Positions 12,651 to 26,610 of a stretch of DNA of 64,000 nucleotides are shown here, piece by piece. The notes beneath the pieces were generated by a model, which saw only the letters and a program-made list of their open reading frames with translations, made no database searches and was not told the origin of the DNA. Position 1 is the first letter of the stretch. Each line of letters begins with the position of its first letter. The DNA comes from Epiperipatus broadwayi. Lineage: Eukaryota > Animalia > Onychophora. The translations under genes and the position numbers were made by a program. The DNA is taken from NCBI GenBank assembly GCA_028023455.1, contig JAQFVV010000003.1, positions 19,468,001-19,532,000 on the forward strand. The letters run 5' to 3'.

Positions 12651-13619
12651 TTTATCTTTCAAAAGAAATTTATTACTATGATAATTTACATTAAATAGAG
12701 TCAAAAGGGAAAGAAGAACATTGATGGTAACTTTAGGTAAAGGGGTTAAGTGCCAAAAATAGGAACTAAATTAGATGTGAAACTTGATTTGGGTCAATAG
12801 GGATAGTGATGTATGAACAGTTTACAAGTTTCACTGTATTCTGTATAGACTTGCAACATGGTAAGAATCATCAAACGTGAGTTGTTGTAGCATTGGTTAG
12901 TTCTTGAAATGGTTGGTTTTAGATGGGGTTGTAATCAATGTGGCTTATATTCATCCTTTTAATCTGCTAGTAGTAGAATAGTTTATACATAGTTTCGATC
13001 CTAACAATATTTCAGCTAACGATTTTGCAATTGCGTTGTAGGAATGTAAGTTAAATAGCATAAGACACAAAACACCTTGAATCTTTATAAGCTTTAAGTT
13101 AATTAAATTATGTTTAAGTGTTGGATATTCTTTTCAGTCAGACAGCGGTGACAAAGGATAGTATGGTGGCTTAAATACATATTTTATTATTATACTTTTA
13201 TATAAGTCTTCAAGTTTTTTTTTTTATTTGAAATTAGTTCCATTGTCAGACATTATTTTCAGGAAAATCTTAATTTTGAAAAAAAAAAAAACTTTCATGT
13301 TTGAGACTGCCTCTTCGTTCTTTGCTATAAAATTATGATTCTATTCATTTAGAGCACACATCCATAAGAATTGGCTCTGTGTAGTCTGCATGCATACATT
13401 AATAGGCCATAATGCATATTTCTTTGGTGAAAGAATTGTCCAAGATTGATATGTCTGGCATGTTTTGAGAAGTCTGCATTGATCCCTGGCTATCATTTAC
13501 AGCCTTAGGGCTACGGCTTTCTCTTATCACTTAATCATGATATTCTAATACTGTCTTCAAAGTAGCAAATTTAACATTTATACGTAGGAAATAATAATAT
13601 ATTTAAAAATAATGTTTGT

Positions 13620-13715
13620 GGAGAAGAGAAGCTAAAGATCGGAGAAAATGGATTGAACTTGGAGAGACCTTGATCCTGCAGAGGATTAATAATGGTTGAC
13701 GATGATGATGATATT
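13620..13715 (+). mobile_element. RTE-clade LINE 3' end remnant with (ATG)n tail
   Basis: GGAGAAGAGAAGCTAAAGATCGGAGAAAATGGATTGAACTTGGAGAGACCTT...GATGATGATGAT, encoding RREAKDRRKWIELGETL. Same family as 15231-15355. Confidence 0.6.
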
Positions 13716-15230
13716 TAGCAGCTATAACAAGTAATTCCAATGTCTTATTGTAAATTCTTATTTATAATTTTTAATAAACTTCTTCAAAATGAATAAATTT
13801 ATATTGAAAAAATTATCTTCATTATTTCTCTTAACAAAACTGCTATATTCCATTACAATATTTATGCCACATTGTTTTACTCACAGGAACACTTCCCTTC
13901 TCAACTAAATTGAATCATAATAATATAATGGAGTTCCCATACAAATATAAATAGAAAAAAAAAAAAATGGAAAAATATTTATTTTACGAATTCACATTCT
14001 TTTATAATGTTCCTTTTTTGAATGTGTATGTATTTTTAAAAAGAGCTTTTATTTACAGTAAAACTTACAGATCGATTACAATATAAAAGATTAAAAAAAA
14101 AAAAACTTAAAATATACATAATGCAGGCAAGGTTAAGTTTCAGCAGATTTTGGCTTTTGTAATAAGATTTTTTAATGAAATCCAAAAAAAAAAAAATTAC
14201 AATCGAAAAAAGACTTTGTAGTCAATGATTCAGGTTAATGTAGTTTATCTGTATAAGACTAATAATATTTTGTCTGCAGATTTTTGAATTAGAATTTTAT
14301 TGTACGATTTTAATTATTCTTTTAACAGATGTCTCCTATGAACAAAGAGAATAACGGGGTTTGATTGAATACATTTAGCAAAAGATAATTAATATATATA
14401 AATCTAAGGATGAAAGTTTTGAAATATTGTGAAATATTTATCCCTTTATATTTAATCTACATTAGCAGGGATAATTCATAACCTTTCTCTATATCTGTTT
14501 GTGAGATATTAGGTATGCATAAATAAACCGCTTGGATATAATCAAAATAAATAAATAAATAATAATAGTAATTGAAAAAATTACCTTTTGCACTGTTTTT
14601 AATCCTAAAAAAAGTTTAAATCCATATTAACAGTAGTAATGTATTTCTTATTATTATGTTTACTTGTATGCCACTCATCTTAGCTTGAATAAACAATAGA
14701 TGCCAAATGATATATATGGTTATGCCAAACCCAAACTCATCCTTAGATTGCTGAATGTCTTTGGTGCTTCTGCTATGGAAGGCTAATAGCCAGAAATTAA
14801 TTTTGAAATCAGTTGAATTAGACTATGGTTTTCATTGACTTATATAGATGGGTCACAAGTAGAGTAAATGTTAAATGGTTAAACATTAATTTTACTATAT
14901 ATTATATTGAAATTCTTTTTGGAAATTATATATATTTATGTTTTACTAGTAAGAAGAGAACATTTTAAAGTACAGTATACGCGAATATTTATATCAGCAT
15001 AAAAAATTTTAAAAATCAGCATATTAAAACAACAAATCAAAACAATACTATATAAATTTGTTCTGATAATAAATTTTGAATTAGTGGTTTTCTGATTACT
15101 GATAAAATTAAAACATTTGTTATTTCCTTATAAAATTTAAATAAAATCTTAAAATTATTCCATGACAACAACAAAGCTTTAAATACATAAACAAATATTA
15201 TATCTCAAGTTGGTCAAGTTAGCATTTTCA

Positions 15231-15355
15231 TCATCATCACCTTTTTCAACAATTATCGAGCCACTGCATGAAGGTCTCTCCAAGTTTAATCTATCTTCTC
15301 TAATATCTAGCCTCTCTTCTCCACATCATCCCAGCACACTTCCTTATTTCATCCA
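15231..15355 (-). mobile_element. RTE-clade LINE 3' end remnant with (ATG)n tail
   Basis: Minus strand encodes DEIRKCAGMMWRREAR...KLGETFMQW and ends in GATGATGATG. Confidence 0.6.
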
Positions 15356-18269
15356 TTAACTTATAATAAATAAGTTAAATGTAATATAAAATTATGATTT
15401 CAACATCTTCTATTTCTAGATTACAAAATCATTAATGTCAAAAAATTATGCAAAGCATCAGAATTCCAGCATATACAATATACTTCAACCATTACTAAAG
15501 CTTCTAAACCAAGTAATCCTATTGTTCCCCCCAAAATAAGACAGTCATATTAATTTTTGCTCCAAAAGATACTGTAGGGTTTATTTTCAGTGGATGTCTT
15601 ATTTTTCATGTATAAAAATCTACATTTTTTTCAAGTACTTCTTTTCTTTATAGAAAGCTTTAAGTTTCTTACCATGGGAGTCTCCCACAATTGCTTTCTG
15701 GTACTCAACAGAATAGCTTTCATTTTGCACTCATCTTATCTGATGATTGGAATATTATTCCATTTAAATCTACCATTAAATCAAGTGATAATTGAAGACT
15801 TGCAAGACAGAAATGGTAACAAAAATTATCACAGTTAAGAAATATTTTGTCCACACAAAAGCAAAAAAAAAAAAAAAATCATAAAAATTCAGAAAATGTT
15901 TCTGTATTTCACACATGCACATTAAGTATGTCCATTATAACATATGGTGCATTGAATTATGATAACTCATATATGACACAACCACATCCATCAGTTATCA
16001 AGTATATAAATCATAAACACTTTCCAAATTACTTGAAATAATCCTGCTTGGATATACTTCTTAAAAATTTTTCTTCAGGAGAAAGATTGATGATTTAATT
16101 TAAGCTTTGTTTAGTAAAATCACTTCTATTATTTTGAGGAGAAAAAAAAATGTTTAAGAAATCAAACTAATTTTTTTTTATATATCTTGATTATTAAAAA
16201 ACTACCATGCTAAAACTCTAAAACTAAATCAAGCATTCTAAATTTAAGTATTAGATATAAATAAAATAAGTACCTAAAAATATATAAATGAAATTATAAA
16301 TTGTCCAATATATTAACTTGTGGTGTACAGGTAGAATTAAGTTTGTCAGAAATAGTCGACAGAAAAATACAAAAGCACCATATAATTTACACCACCATTT
16401 ACTTAAAACATTAAATGTCAGTAATACTATTTATTTATACATTCATTAATTTATAATTTAATACATCCATCATTTGTTTCAATAGGCAAACAAAGGTGTA
16501 TTGGGCTGCCAATCTTAACTACAGCTTATATTTGGAGTATGGCTTATATTATATTATAAGCATTCTAAAAATCATGCTAGGGCTTATTCTCTGATTATGT
16601 CTTATTTTCAGGGAAATACCGTATGTATTAAAAATACAGAGAATTAATTTCTTAATTATTTGATTAAATCTTTTTTACTTTTAAAAGGATAAAGCTATTA
16701 CTGACACCATATACAGATAGTACATCCATTTTTAGGAATTTTAAACTCAAAAAAGAATACAAACAATAAAGAAGAAAAAACAGACACAGGCAAATTATCT
16801 TCTTGGGCCATTTCAGATGAAAAGATTGTGCTATATTTTGGCTGGAATGAAACAAAACAGGATTAGATTTTGATGGAGTTTGTTAATATAAAACCATAAC
16901 ACGATAGTTTGAATTAAGAATGTGACAAATCAATTACTTATCAAAACAGGATGGTAGCATTATCTCCAAATAATAAACAACTAAAACAATACTGGAAATA
17001 GCAAGAAACAAAAATAATTTTACAAATTACTATGAGATGTCATTAATCTATCAGTCTCATGAATTTAGCATATGCTATTTAACTTAATGTGATCTACTAG
17101 GTAATGCAATTTCTAAATTAAAATCCATTGTTAAACAAAAAAAAAAAATACTGTTTCAAGAATTTTTGGAAAAAAAAAAAGATCATAAATGCACATATCC
17201 TAGATGTAATACATGAATCAATTTCTAAGATAGTAAAAAATCTTGCATGAACAAGCAATGCCAAGCATAAAAATCATCTTTAAGCAATGAAAATTCATGA
17301 TCACAAATGTGAAAATTTGTATGATAGTGGAAGACGAACTAAGCTGAGAATGATGAAGGAAAATTTGATTTAAATATATATTTACAGGGAAGATATTCCA
17401 TTTATACATTTTCTAATACCCACATTCACTCACAAAGATTACCATATACTCTGTAATACAAAAAAGATCTCAATGAATATATACCTCTATAACTAATTCC
17501 TTATAATAAATGTAAAATTTATCTGGTTCAATAATATTAGAAATTGTGAAATGTAGCTACCAAAAAAAAAAAAAAAAAAGTAATATAAGAGAATATGAAA
17601 TCAACTTTACTAAAAACTTCTAAAAAGGCTTCAGAATATAAATAGTGCACCTACCTACATATCCACCAATTAAGGCTTGAATCTGTGAAGAACATAGAAG
17701 TATTTAGAATAGCTGAAGATTTCTATACAAGGCTAGATTTTTTTTCAAAATAGCTGACCCATAACTAACCTAATATTGATTAGTCAATGGATATCTGACT
17801 ATTGTTAGCTAGAAAATGTTCCACATTAATTTACATTGATCAGATGAATGTCAAAGTGCTGTCCATGAAACAAAGATATGATTGTAATTTGATGCATCTT
17901 CATCAGAAATGAAGGAGTCAAATTTCTATGGACACTGAGCCTGATACCTATTTTAAAAGTTTTTCTTTTAGTCCGAATCAAAAGCAATTTTCCAGTAGGA
18001 AATTAGTAGAAAAAATATGAAAAGAACCACAAAGATTGACTAGACTTCTGCCAAATAATTATGGATTAGTAGCACTCAATAAATAATTAGCACCAGAAAT
18101 AGCATCAAAGTCATGTTCTTTCAATAACTTTTCACTAAACAAGATTAGACTTAAAGTGCTTTTATCCAGTATAACTTTTAAACTTCTTGCAAAATAAGGT
18201 CATTTAAACTTATGTTGTATGTCAGACATATTATGCCGGATTAGTTATTCTTTTACAATATATCTAATC

Positions 18270-18649
18270 CAGGGGTCCCCAACCTTTTTGCACTTAAGAG
18301 CACATTCTTTAATACCAGCCAGGTGGTGGGCACTATTTATTTTTTCAACCAGGTGGCGGGCACCATTTATTTTTTCAATGTAAATGTATAGTTGGATATT
18401 GTTAATAATACACATAATGTACAAAAAAATATTTATTTCAAAAATAAAATTTTAACATATAATTAACGTAAAGTATAGTATGCCCTACAATTTGATTACA
18501 ATATAATACAATAATTTATAAGAAATTTTAAAAATTAAATTTATTTGTATCAGATAAATAATTTTTTATCGTGTTTGGATAGCGGCGGGCACACATAAAA
18601 TGGTCTGCAGGCGCCATGGTGCCCACGGGCATAAGGTTGGGGACCCCTA
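18270..18649. mobile_element. hAT (Charlie/Buster-type) MITE, 380 bp
   Basis: TIRs CAGGGGTCCCCAACCTT and AAGGTTGGGGACCCCTA. Flanks ATCTAATC and ATCTCACA form a partial 8-bp TSD. An internal ~30 bp tandem duplication lies at ~18319-18378. Confidence 0.85.
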
Positions 18650-19123
18650 ATCTCACATCAATTTTAAAAATATGTAGATCATCATAAGACACACAACCAG
18701 CACAACTATAGCTAGTATAACTGAGAAATATATTCCAAAATATAAAAATAAGTTGCAATATTTTTATTTAAATCATATCCCTGCAGGAAATAGTTTTAAA
18801 CAAAAATTAAATGATCTAGAAAATACTTTACAGAAAATTCTCAACCTCTGGTTATTTCATTCATTTCAGGAAAATGTGAACAATCAATGTGGATGCCATT
18901 AATCAAATTATCAGTATATATGATTTATCTATTAAAATGTTTATATATAATCATTCCTATATATTTAAGATTTTATCCTATAATCACAGACATTCTCATC
19001 ATTACAATACAATTATTAAAAAAAATTAAAATTATACATCTAAATAACACAGTCTTCTTATTTCTTTTATATACATATATATAATTAAATATTAGAATGC
19101 TTATAATTTGGCTTCTTCTAAGG

Positions 19124-19308
19124 CAGTGGCTCTCAACCTTCCTAATGGCGCGACCCTGTAATACAGTTCCTTAAGTTGTGGTGACCTCCAACCTTTAATT
19201 TTGCTATCATTATGAATCGAAAATATGTTTTCCAATCATCTAGGCAACTCCTGTGAAATTGTTGTTCGACCCTCAAAGGGGTTGCGACCCACAGGTTGAG
19301 AACCGCTG
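19124..19308. mobile_element. SPIN/URR1-like hAT MITE, 185 bp
   Basis: TIRs CAGTGGCTCTCAACCT and AGGTTGAGAACCGCTG. The interior (CCTAATGGCGCGACCCTGTAATACAGTTCC...GTTGTGGTGACC...CAAAGGGGTTGCGACCCACAGG) matches the URR1/SPIN non-autonomous consensus as I recall it, with an internal deletion. Confidence 0.8.
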
Positions 19309-20249
19309 TAAGCTCCAACAGATATCACCACCTTTTATAGCTTTTATCAATACTCTGTAAGCAATGGTGCTTACAGTCTAAATATCTTCAATTTTTCTAA
19401 TCAATTTCAAAATTCTTCCTACTAATATTTCTGTCTTTTAAAATATCTCTTATTAATAATGAATGTTCGTTAAAAAGAAGAGGAAATCTTTGATCACATT
19501 CTCTTTCACTACCTTTCCTTATACACTAATAAATGTATCATTTCTAGGCTAACTGACCTTTATTTCCTTCTTTTAATAATTTTACTAATATCTTTATTTT
19601 CTTATCCAAGAGTTGGTAATATTTATACAATGGAAACCATTCTGAATAGCTGGTTTATAACTAAGGGCTTCTTATATTAATTTTTCAAAATGAAGATTTG
19701 AGCAAACAGTTTAAACTTCGTGGCTAATTGTTTTAAAGTGCAAAATATAAAATGCGCTAACACGCACAAGCACACAAAGCTGAAGACAAATAAAGAAATG
19801 TATATATTTATTTTAATATAAATATATTTAATTAAGTGGCTAAGCGCTTTCAAGGGTCAGAGCCCTCATATCCATAGCCATTTTGTAAATAGATAAATTG
19901 ATTAGGAGCGATGTGAATTTATGCAAATGTGATAGTTACGTATTCCATTTCCGGGATATTTTGTAGCAAGAGTCTTTTCTATTTATGGCGTCACTATCTC
20001 TAGCGATAAAGTAAGCCTCTTTTATCTTCCTTTTGAGATCGTTTGTGAGTTTAAGATGTATCCAATACATATTTGAAATCAATTAATTCAAAATTCCATT
20101 TACAAAACTTTTAAATATCTGCCATCATTTACTGACTTTTACATTTGTTCAAATAATTCGCAATGATTTATCACCTTTCTTGAACTATTTGTAATATATA
20201 TATAAACGTTTTAAAGGCTTAGAAAGAAAAGTTAAATTTTTATTCAAAA

Positions 20250-21546
20250 GTTTTACTAGCTGATAATACTTTCAACCACCATGGTGAGACTTAGAATGCT
20301 GATAATTTGTAGAAGGGGAGATGTAGCATACAAATAGATCAAAATTATGTACCAACACAATGCTAGTATTTTCTTATTAATAGTGTGAGGGTTGTTGGAA
20401 ATAAACCACACCTCCTTAATTTTGTGTTTGTGATTGCCATACTTGAAGCATACAATGTCCACATTTACAGAGCCGTATTTCAGTTCATGCTCAGAAAAAC
20501 AGATCTGTAGTCAGAGCTATTCTTAGCATGATTATATAAATATCTATGTCGTGCAATTCTAGTAGCAATATTTGCCTGCGATTGTTGCATATGAATTTTA
20601 TATACAAATTTGTGGGGTTTTGATCTACAGACAGAATATTCTTAGTATAGTTTGAGAGTCTGTTTAAATTTGGAGTTCTTAAGCTAACCTTATATGTATT
20701 GGAAGAAACATACAAAATACATATGGAAAGCTTACCCAAGATTTTGTGTCTGCCTGTAGTGAAGGCAACTATTATAGCCTCTTGTAGAATTTCTTCACAG
20801 TACCCATTAACATGTGACTATATCCTAACTTGCAAAGATGCTTGATATGAGCCTTGGTGTTGGCCTTGCAATTAGCTTCACATTTGCAAAGTTTAGATTT
20901 CTAATTAGGAAACTTTTCAAACCCACCAATTTGTGCACTGTGGATTTACGCAAGTGAAGATGGATTGCGGCACATATTTCTAAAAGCTTAGCAATTATTT
21001 TCTGATCAAGATTGTCCTTGTTCCATTGAATATATAGATCAAGGAATTTAAGACATTGCATGGCATTTTCATGCTTAATAGCCTATTGTAAGGCTGTTAG
21101 TTGTGTTAGATCTTGTTGAATATCCAGAATCTGCTTCTTGGAGGTGCATGATAGACATTACCTACACATCAGGTATAAAATGCATTGGGTTCAATGATTA
21201 GATGTTTAGGGAAAACTATTTCTTTGAATTTTGATAATGTGATGCTGCAAATAATCCTGCTTATTGGCAGGTCCATAGGCCAATTCCATCTTATAATACT
21301 TATTATTGGTAGGAGCAGTAACTTCTTTGTTCATCCATTTTAAAGACTCCACAATGAATTCGCTCTTATTGGATTATAATCTGTCTTTCACATCTTGTGA
21401 ATAATGTCTATAGACAGCATATGAGAAATCGATCTGCATAGTTGTGATATCCAAGGATGCCAGTCTATAGTGTGGTGGATTTTAAGTGCATTGATTTGTT
21501 GCACATATTCAAAAAATGATTTCATAATATATTTTCCAAAATCTAT
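20250..21546 (-). mobile_element. Heavily decayed Penelope-like element (RT plus GIY-YIG remnant)
   Basis: Minus-strand fragments in PLE order: YRLASLDITTM (RT3), a GLAMG-like region then LPISRIICSITLSKF (RT4), FYT*CVGNVY (RYVDDVF-like), LKFLDLYI...IHLHLRKSTVHKLVGLKSFL, and IKFICNNRRQI (GIY-YIG YK.C..C..Y-like). Confidence 0.7.
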
Positions 21547-21780
21547 TGTAACGGTCAGGTTTGTACACTTGCTTAACAGACTGAGAGTCTGAGCCAGAGA
21601 ACTAAAAGCTGACCAAGTCGGGATAGTAATATCCTATGTCTGATCATACCAAAACTCTCTTACTCATGCTTCCAAGTCAACCAATTGTGAATGACATGCC
21701 TGAGGTTACACTCGATATCTCTTTATTCACGTTCCAGCAATAGCAAAGCAATAAAACATGAGACACTCCCCCCCAACACA
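21547..21780 (+). mobile_element. Possible solo LTR
   Basis: Begins TGTAAC, ends ACA, has AATAAA ~30 bp before the end and truncates the PLE RT. No clear TSD. Confidence 0.35.
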
Positions 21781-21905
21781 TGTTATATAACTTAACTAGT
21801 GATTCATAAAGTAATGAGCAAGAATGGAGACTTAGATAAATTTATATTTCATAAATTTAATGTAACAATTAATAAGTTATAAAGCAAAATAATTGGGTAT
21901 AGTTT

Positions 21906-22130
21906 GCTCACACATAGGTGAATGAATACTCAGGGTTACGTAAAATATAATACAGCAATTTATATAGAGCTCATATGCAGGTGAGTGAATGCTCAGGGTT
22001 ACAAATGATTTAATAAAGCAAATTATAGTGCTTACATGCAGGTGAGTAAATACTCAGGGTTACAAATAATATAGTAAAGTAAATTATATAATGCTCATGC
22101 ACAGATGAGTGGCTTTTGCGGTTACAAAAT
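21906..22130 (+). repeat. ~62 bp degenerate tandem repeat, 4 copies
   Basis: Units start GCTCA/GCTTA at 21906, 21969, 22030 and 22093. The core is CAGGTGAGT..ATRCTCAGGGTTAC. Confidence 0.85.
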
Positions 22131-22739
22131 GTTTAATTGGTCTATGATTTTAATATGCCCATATCATCTTCATAACTCACGCTATTACCTATGTAGTGGA
22201 AATAAGTAATAGTTAGAGTGATCAATTTATTGGTAACTGATAGAGATTATATTATTATTTTTACTAAGTTTAAACTCAACTATAAAGATATTTGCGTGAT
22301 ATATAATTGCTACACAGATAAACACATTAACTCAAATGTCACAGTTGCCTAAACGTTCGGGGTGTGACTTGATGTGGGAACGATCCTGATGTAGGCCATT
22401 ATAGGTATAGCAAGTAGAGATGCATATTTATGCTAATTAGCAACACATTCGCAACGTTAATTTAATATTTTCATAAATTAATTACGCCAAAATCTTAGCT
22501 TCTTTCAGTAATACTATCACTGGTCAGTTCATAAAAGAGATTATTAAGTCACATAATAAAGGTGATAATGAGAATCTGATTTAAGGCTCTCTGCATCGCT
22601 TCTTAATCTTTAATTTAAATGGAGTTATAGAAAATTTAAAGATTCCCTAGAATTTGAAACATTAATTATATGTCGTATAATTTATATCTAATATCAAATG
22701 AACTGATTTTTAAATAATCTATGGCAAATAGAGATTCTT

Positions 22740-22962
22740 AAATAACTCACGCAAAATATTGATTCTCAAATAAATTATTCAAATATTAATTTTAAATAAC
22801 TCGTAAAATATCAATTTCAAATAAATTATGCAAATATGTGTTTTAAAGAACATACGCAAAATATGCGTTTTAAATAACATACGTAAAATATATATTTTAA
22901 ATAACTTATGCAAAATATACATTTTAAATAACTTGCGCAAAAGATGTATTTTAAATAACTTA
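22740..22962 (+). repeat. ~27 bp AT-rich minisatellite, about 8 copies
   Basis: Repeated AAATAACWYRYGCAAAATATRYATTTT-like units. Confidence 0.8.
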
Positions 22963-25900
22963 TCTTGGGCATTATAAGTAACTGATTCATTCTAGTGTAA
23001 ACAAAAGTTTGATTTCAGAAGGGAGTTTTGCTATATTTCTTTATATTACAATAATCTGATATAATAAAAAGGTGCTTAATCACGCCTCCGATAATTATTA
23101 ACCTACAAAACTCCGTTCTGATGAACATAGCATAAATTAATAAACATGAACTTAAAACTAAAGATAGATGGCATAAGAACAAATTGCAGAAAGGATCAAT
23201 AAAATTATAATTTGGAAATGAAACTTTGTTTGAAATGGTTTTATAAAACCTAAATATTTATGATTATCTAAATTATTTACAATCAAGCAAGAATTTTGAG
23301 AGTGCTCTAAGCTTTAAATAAATTTAATATAAACAGTTTAGGGTAACATTTAAATTACATAATTAATTACGAGATTGATTAGTTAGTGTAACGGTCGGAT
23401 TCGTCTGGTTCGTTAACATAGTGCAGAATTTGACCACCACACAGAACTGCAGCACTATCTAGATAGCGAAGCCACCCGTAGTACTAAGTTTGAACATAGT
23501 TTATCAGTTCCACAATACAATCTACGAAACAACGCATCTGATGCTACATTAGTAAATACTTCTTTAGGCACAGTGATCAGGGAGATGCAAGAGAATCAAG
23601 AATTTATTTTTGATAGCCAATAATAACACTAATGTTAAATATTTATATTTTACAGAATCGAGGAAATATTATATGGAATGGGTATCAAATAAATAAAGAT
23701 GCAACGGCAGACGTATAGTTTAAAATTATTTATTTATAATATTTTGTAATAAATCATTTAACTAATAATATTTGATTATTTAAATCTCAGTAGCGGTGTT
23801 TCTGATACTGTTATATTTTATCAAGAAATACATTTATTTGGCTGATGTAATCCAGCTACCTAAAATTCTCGAGCAAGCATTTCAAGAGCATGTCTTCGAG
23901 AATTTATACCTTTGCAATGCAAGAGTCTAAAGTAGGATTAATCATAGTGGTGGACATATATTTATTTAATTAAAGATATTTACTAATTACTATGGGAAAA
24001 CATTTATTTGAGAGTGAGTTATGTCACTAATGCAGAGATGGAGTTATACATTGAATAATAAAGTAAAGGTACGTCTAGAAAGGTGATATAAGGGTGGCAG
24101 TATGTTAAAACTGCGAAGCCGTGGATGAGTTTAGAACAACGAGCTGGTGTTTTCCATAGGCCCAAAGAGATAAGATGTCACATAAGCATAACCAGGGGCA
24201 AGTGGTTCATGCCATGATTGCTTCCAGGCTGCGTGACGGTCGTCAAGTCCTATGGGACATTCATTTGTCAGGTTTTGTAGGACTGGGATTATTTTAAATC
24301 CTAAAGAATCTGGAGCATCCAAGGCTTATAAGGTCATCGCGTCTCTAAAATGTAACGCATGTATAATTTATGGACTATTCTGCTAAGATTGAAATATATT
24401 TTTATAACTCGGCTCTACACCATCAACATTTAATAAAGAATGTTTGCGACTCTCAAAGAAATGTAATTTACGAAATTATTACTTAAAAACTTAATAAAAT
24501 ATAAAACAATAGGTAGGCTGGGTGAGTATTAATAACTAATATGTCAGCCACTTGCTAAATAGTAGACCCCCGCATTACAATAAATGAAGCATTTAGAAAA
24601 TTATGGAGATTTCTGAGAGGACTATCCAACAGTATATAAAAAAAATATATTAAGAGGCCACTGGACAAGATGGCATCCATCTTGATTAAAATAAATTTAA
24701 ACTTGGCGAGGTCCGGTCGGAAATTTTTTAAGCATGCGATAATTAAATAATATAACTGTAAATTTTAGAAATACATACCCAAGAAAGATAGAATTAGGTA
24801 AGCTAGATTATTAACGAATTTTACATAATAAATTAATTATTAAAGTTATAGTTTTACAAATGAGAATTTTACAGTTTATAGTTTATAAGTTATATAAAGA
24901 ATGAGCTAAGTGTGATATTAGTAGAGTACTCTAGAGCTTGGGCACAGGTATCTGTTTTATACGACATTTTCCGAATCAGTGGTCAATAGCAAATTGTTCA
25001 TGATTCCAGCAGTAGCGGATCGTTCCAGCATTTAGGTGATTTAGTTATTTGAATAGCAGCTTTCTGATTGTGGGCAGCAGATCCTTTTGGTTGATTTTAT
25101 GGAAGGCACGGTTGTAGGTTCGCGGAAGACAATAGACCATCTCCGGGAGAATAGTCTTTGGCACTTTCTACTCACGCATACTGTGGCAAGTAAATCAATA
25201 GATATATTTTGAGACTCTCAACTGATAGAGAGCATAGCTAAAGTTCAACTGAAAGTTCTGAGAAAGTCCAAAATGTCCTCCTTTCTTGATCTTATCTTTT
25301 TACTTTTTGTTATATTTTATTTTGGATTCAATCATTTGCCCCGAGGATAATCAATACATTCTTATACATTTAATTTATATAGAAAGCTGCTTTACTATTG
25401 TTCACATTTAATTTTACATTTACATTTTTGGTAATTAGATTTTAGGGAATTTTTCTTTTTAATTAATCTATTATCTCTCACCGACCGTTATTTTTAAAAT
25501 TTCAAATACAAAAGGAAACATACAATTATTTTTACTTTTAATTAAATATTTCAATCAGATTTATAAAATTATTATTAAATGAAATTTAAACAAAACAATA
25601 AATAACGAACTTTATAATTTAAAATAAATGGTTAAAATTATATATTTCTCTATACTAAAAAAAAATACAAATTACATTAATTATTTTTATCTATTGCCTT
25701 AAATTTGTTATCGCAACATGTGTGTGTTTATGGTGGATTTTACATATATTTATTCATTTTTAATATTGCTACACACACAATTCGATATCAAAAAAGTTTA
25801 AATTTGGATAGGATAGAGTGGTGGGTGAGAGATGATAGAAAAGGTGAAACTTAAGATTCGAATGCGAATCTTACTGTTTCATTAGCTAGCTTTTCATTTA

Positions 25901-26522
25901 GAATAAGTTTAGTTATGAAATTACGTATTCTGCAGAATGATTTACCGGTAATCTTGGTAGTGAGTATTTCAAGGCATCTTTCTTGTGTGTCTTCTCTCTA
26001 TTAAATCGGCTGTGGCTTTTCTAGGTTTGAGTCTGGATGCAGCTGGAAAATCTACTTCTGTGGCAGCTTTCCCCATTACTCTGGTCAGGAACTCTGGTAT
26101 TTCAGGTGTAGCTTCTCCATCACTGAACTGGGCATGGCTGAGGTTGATGTTTTCTCATGCGGTAGCAGCTTGTCCAGGACAAGTAGATGGCTGTCTATTG
26201 TCTCTAGCCAATGGTCATCATTTGAACAGCTTGGGTAATGGCTTTCTAGAATTCAGCTTGCTAAATTAATGCAGGAATGACTTTTTTTATTATTTTTGGC
26301 ACTGATCTTTCAGGAAATATATCAGCAGCAGCAACAACTTTTTATGGCTACTACAGGCCTTTTTTATATTCTACTTTTGACAGTAAGTCCCTCCCCCATT
26401 AACTTTCCAACATCACTTGTTTACTGGTTCAAACTTTGCTTTTAACTAAATATCCACTTAGTAAAATATTTGCTATAGTTAAATGTGGACTTAAAAGCTC
26501 TATTATTCTAATTGGCGTCATA

Positions 26523-26610
26523 GCTACATCCAGAGCCAAAGATATATTCCCTAGAGTTTTCAAATGTGCATCACAGCTACCTCCAAAGCCAAAGATATAT
26601 TCCCTAGAGT
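26523..26610 (+). repeat. Local duplication, ~53 bp period
   Basis: GCTAC.TCCA.AGCCAAAGATATATTCCCTAGAGT occurs twice. Confidence 0.85.

Noticed and set aside
12720-13070. Possible additional PLE RT remnant (HVASLY) on the minus strand
   Set aside because: A single weak motif without supporting neighbours.
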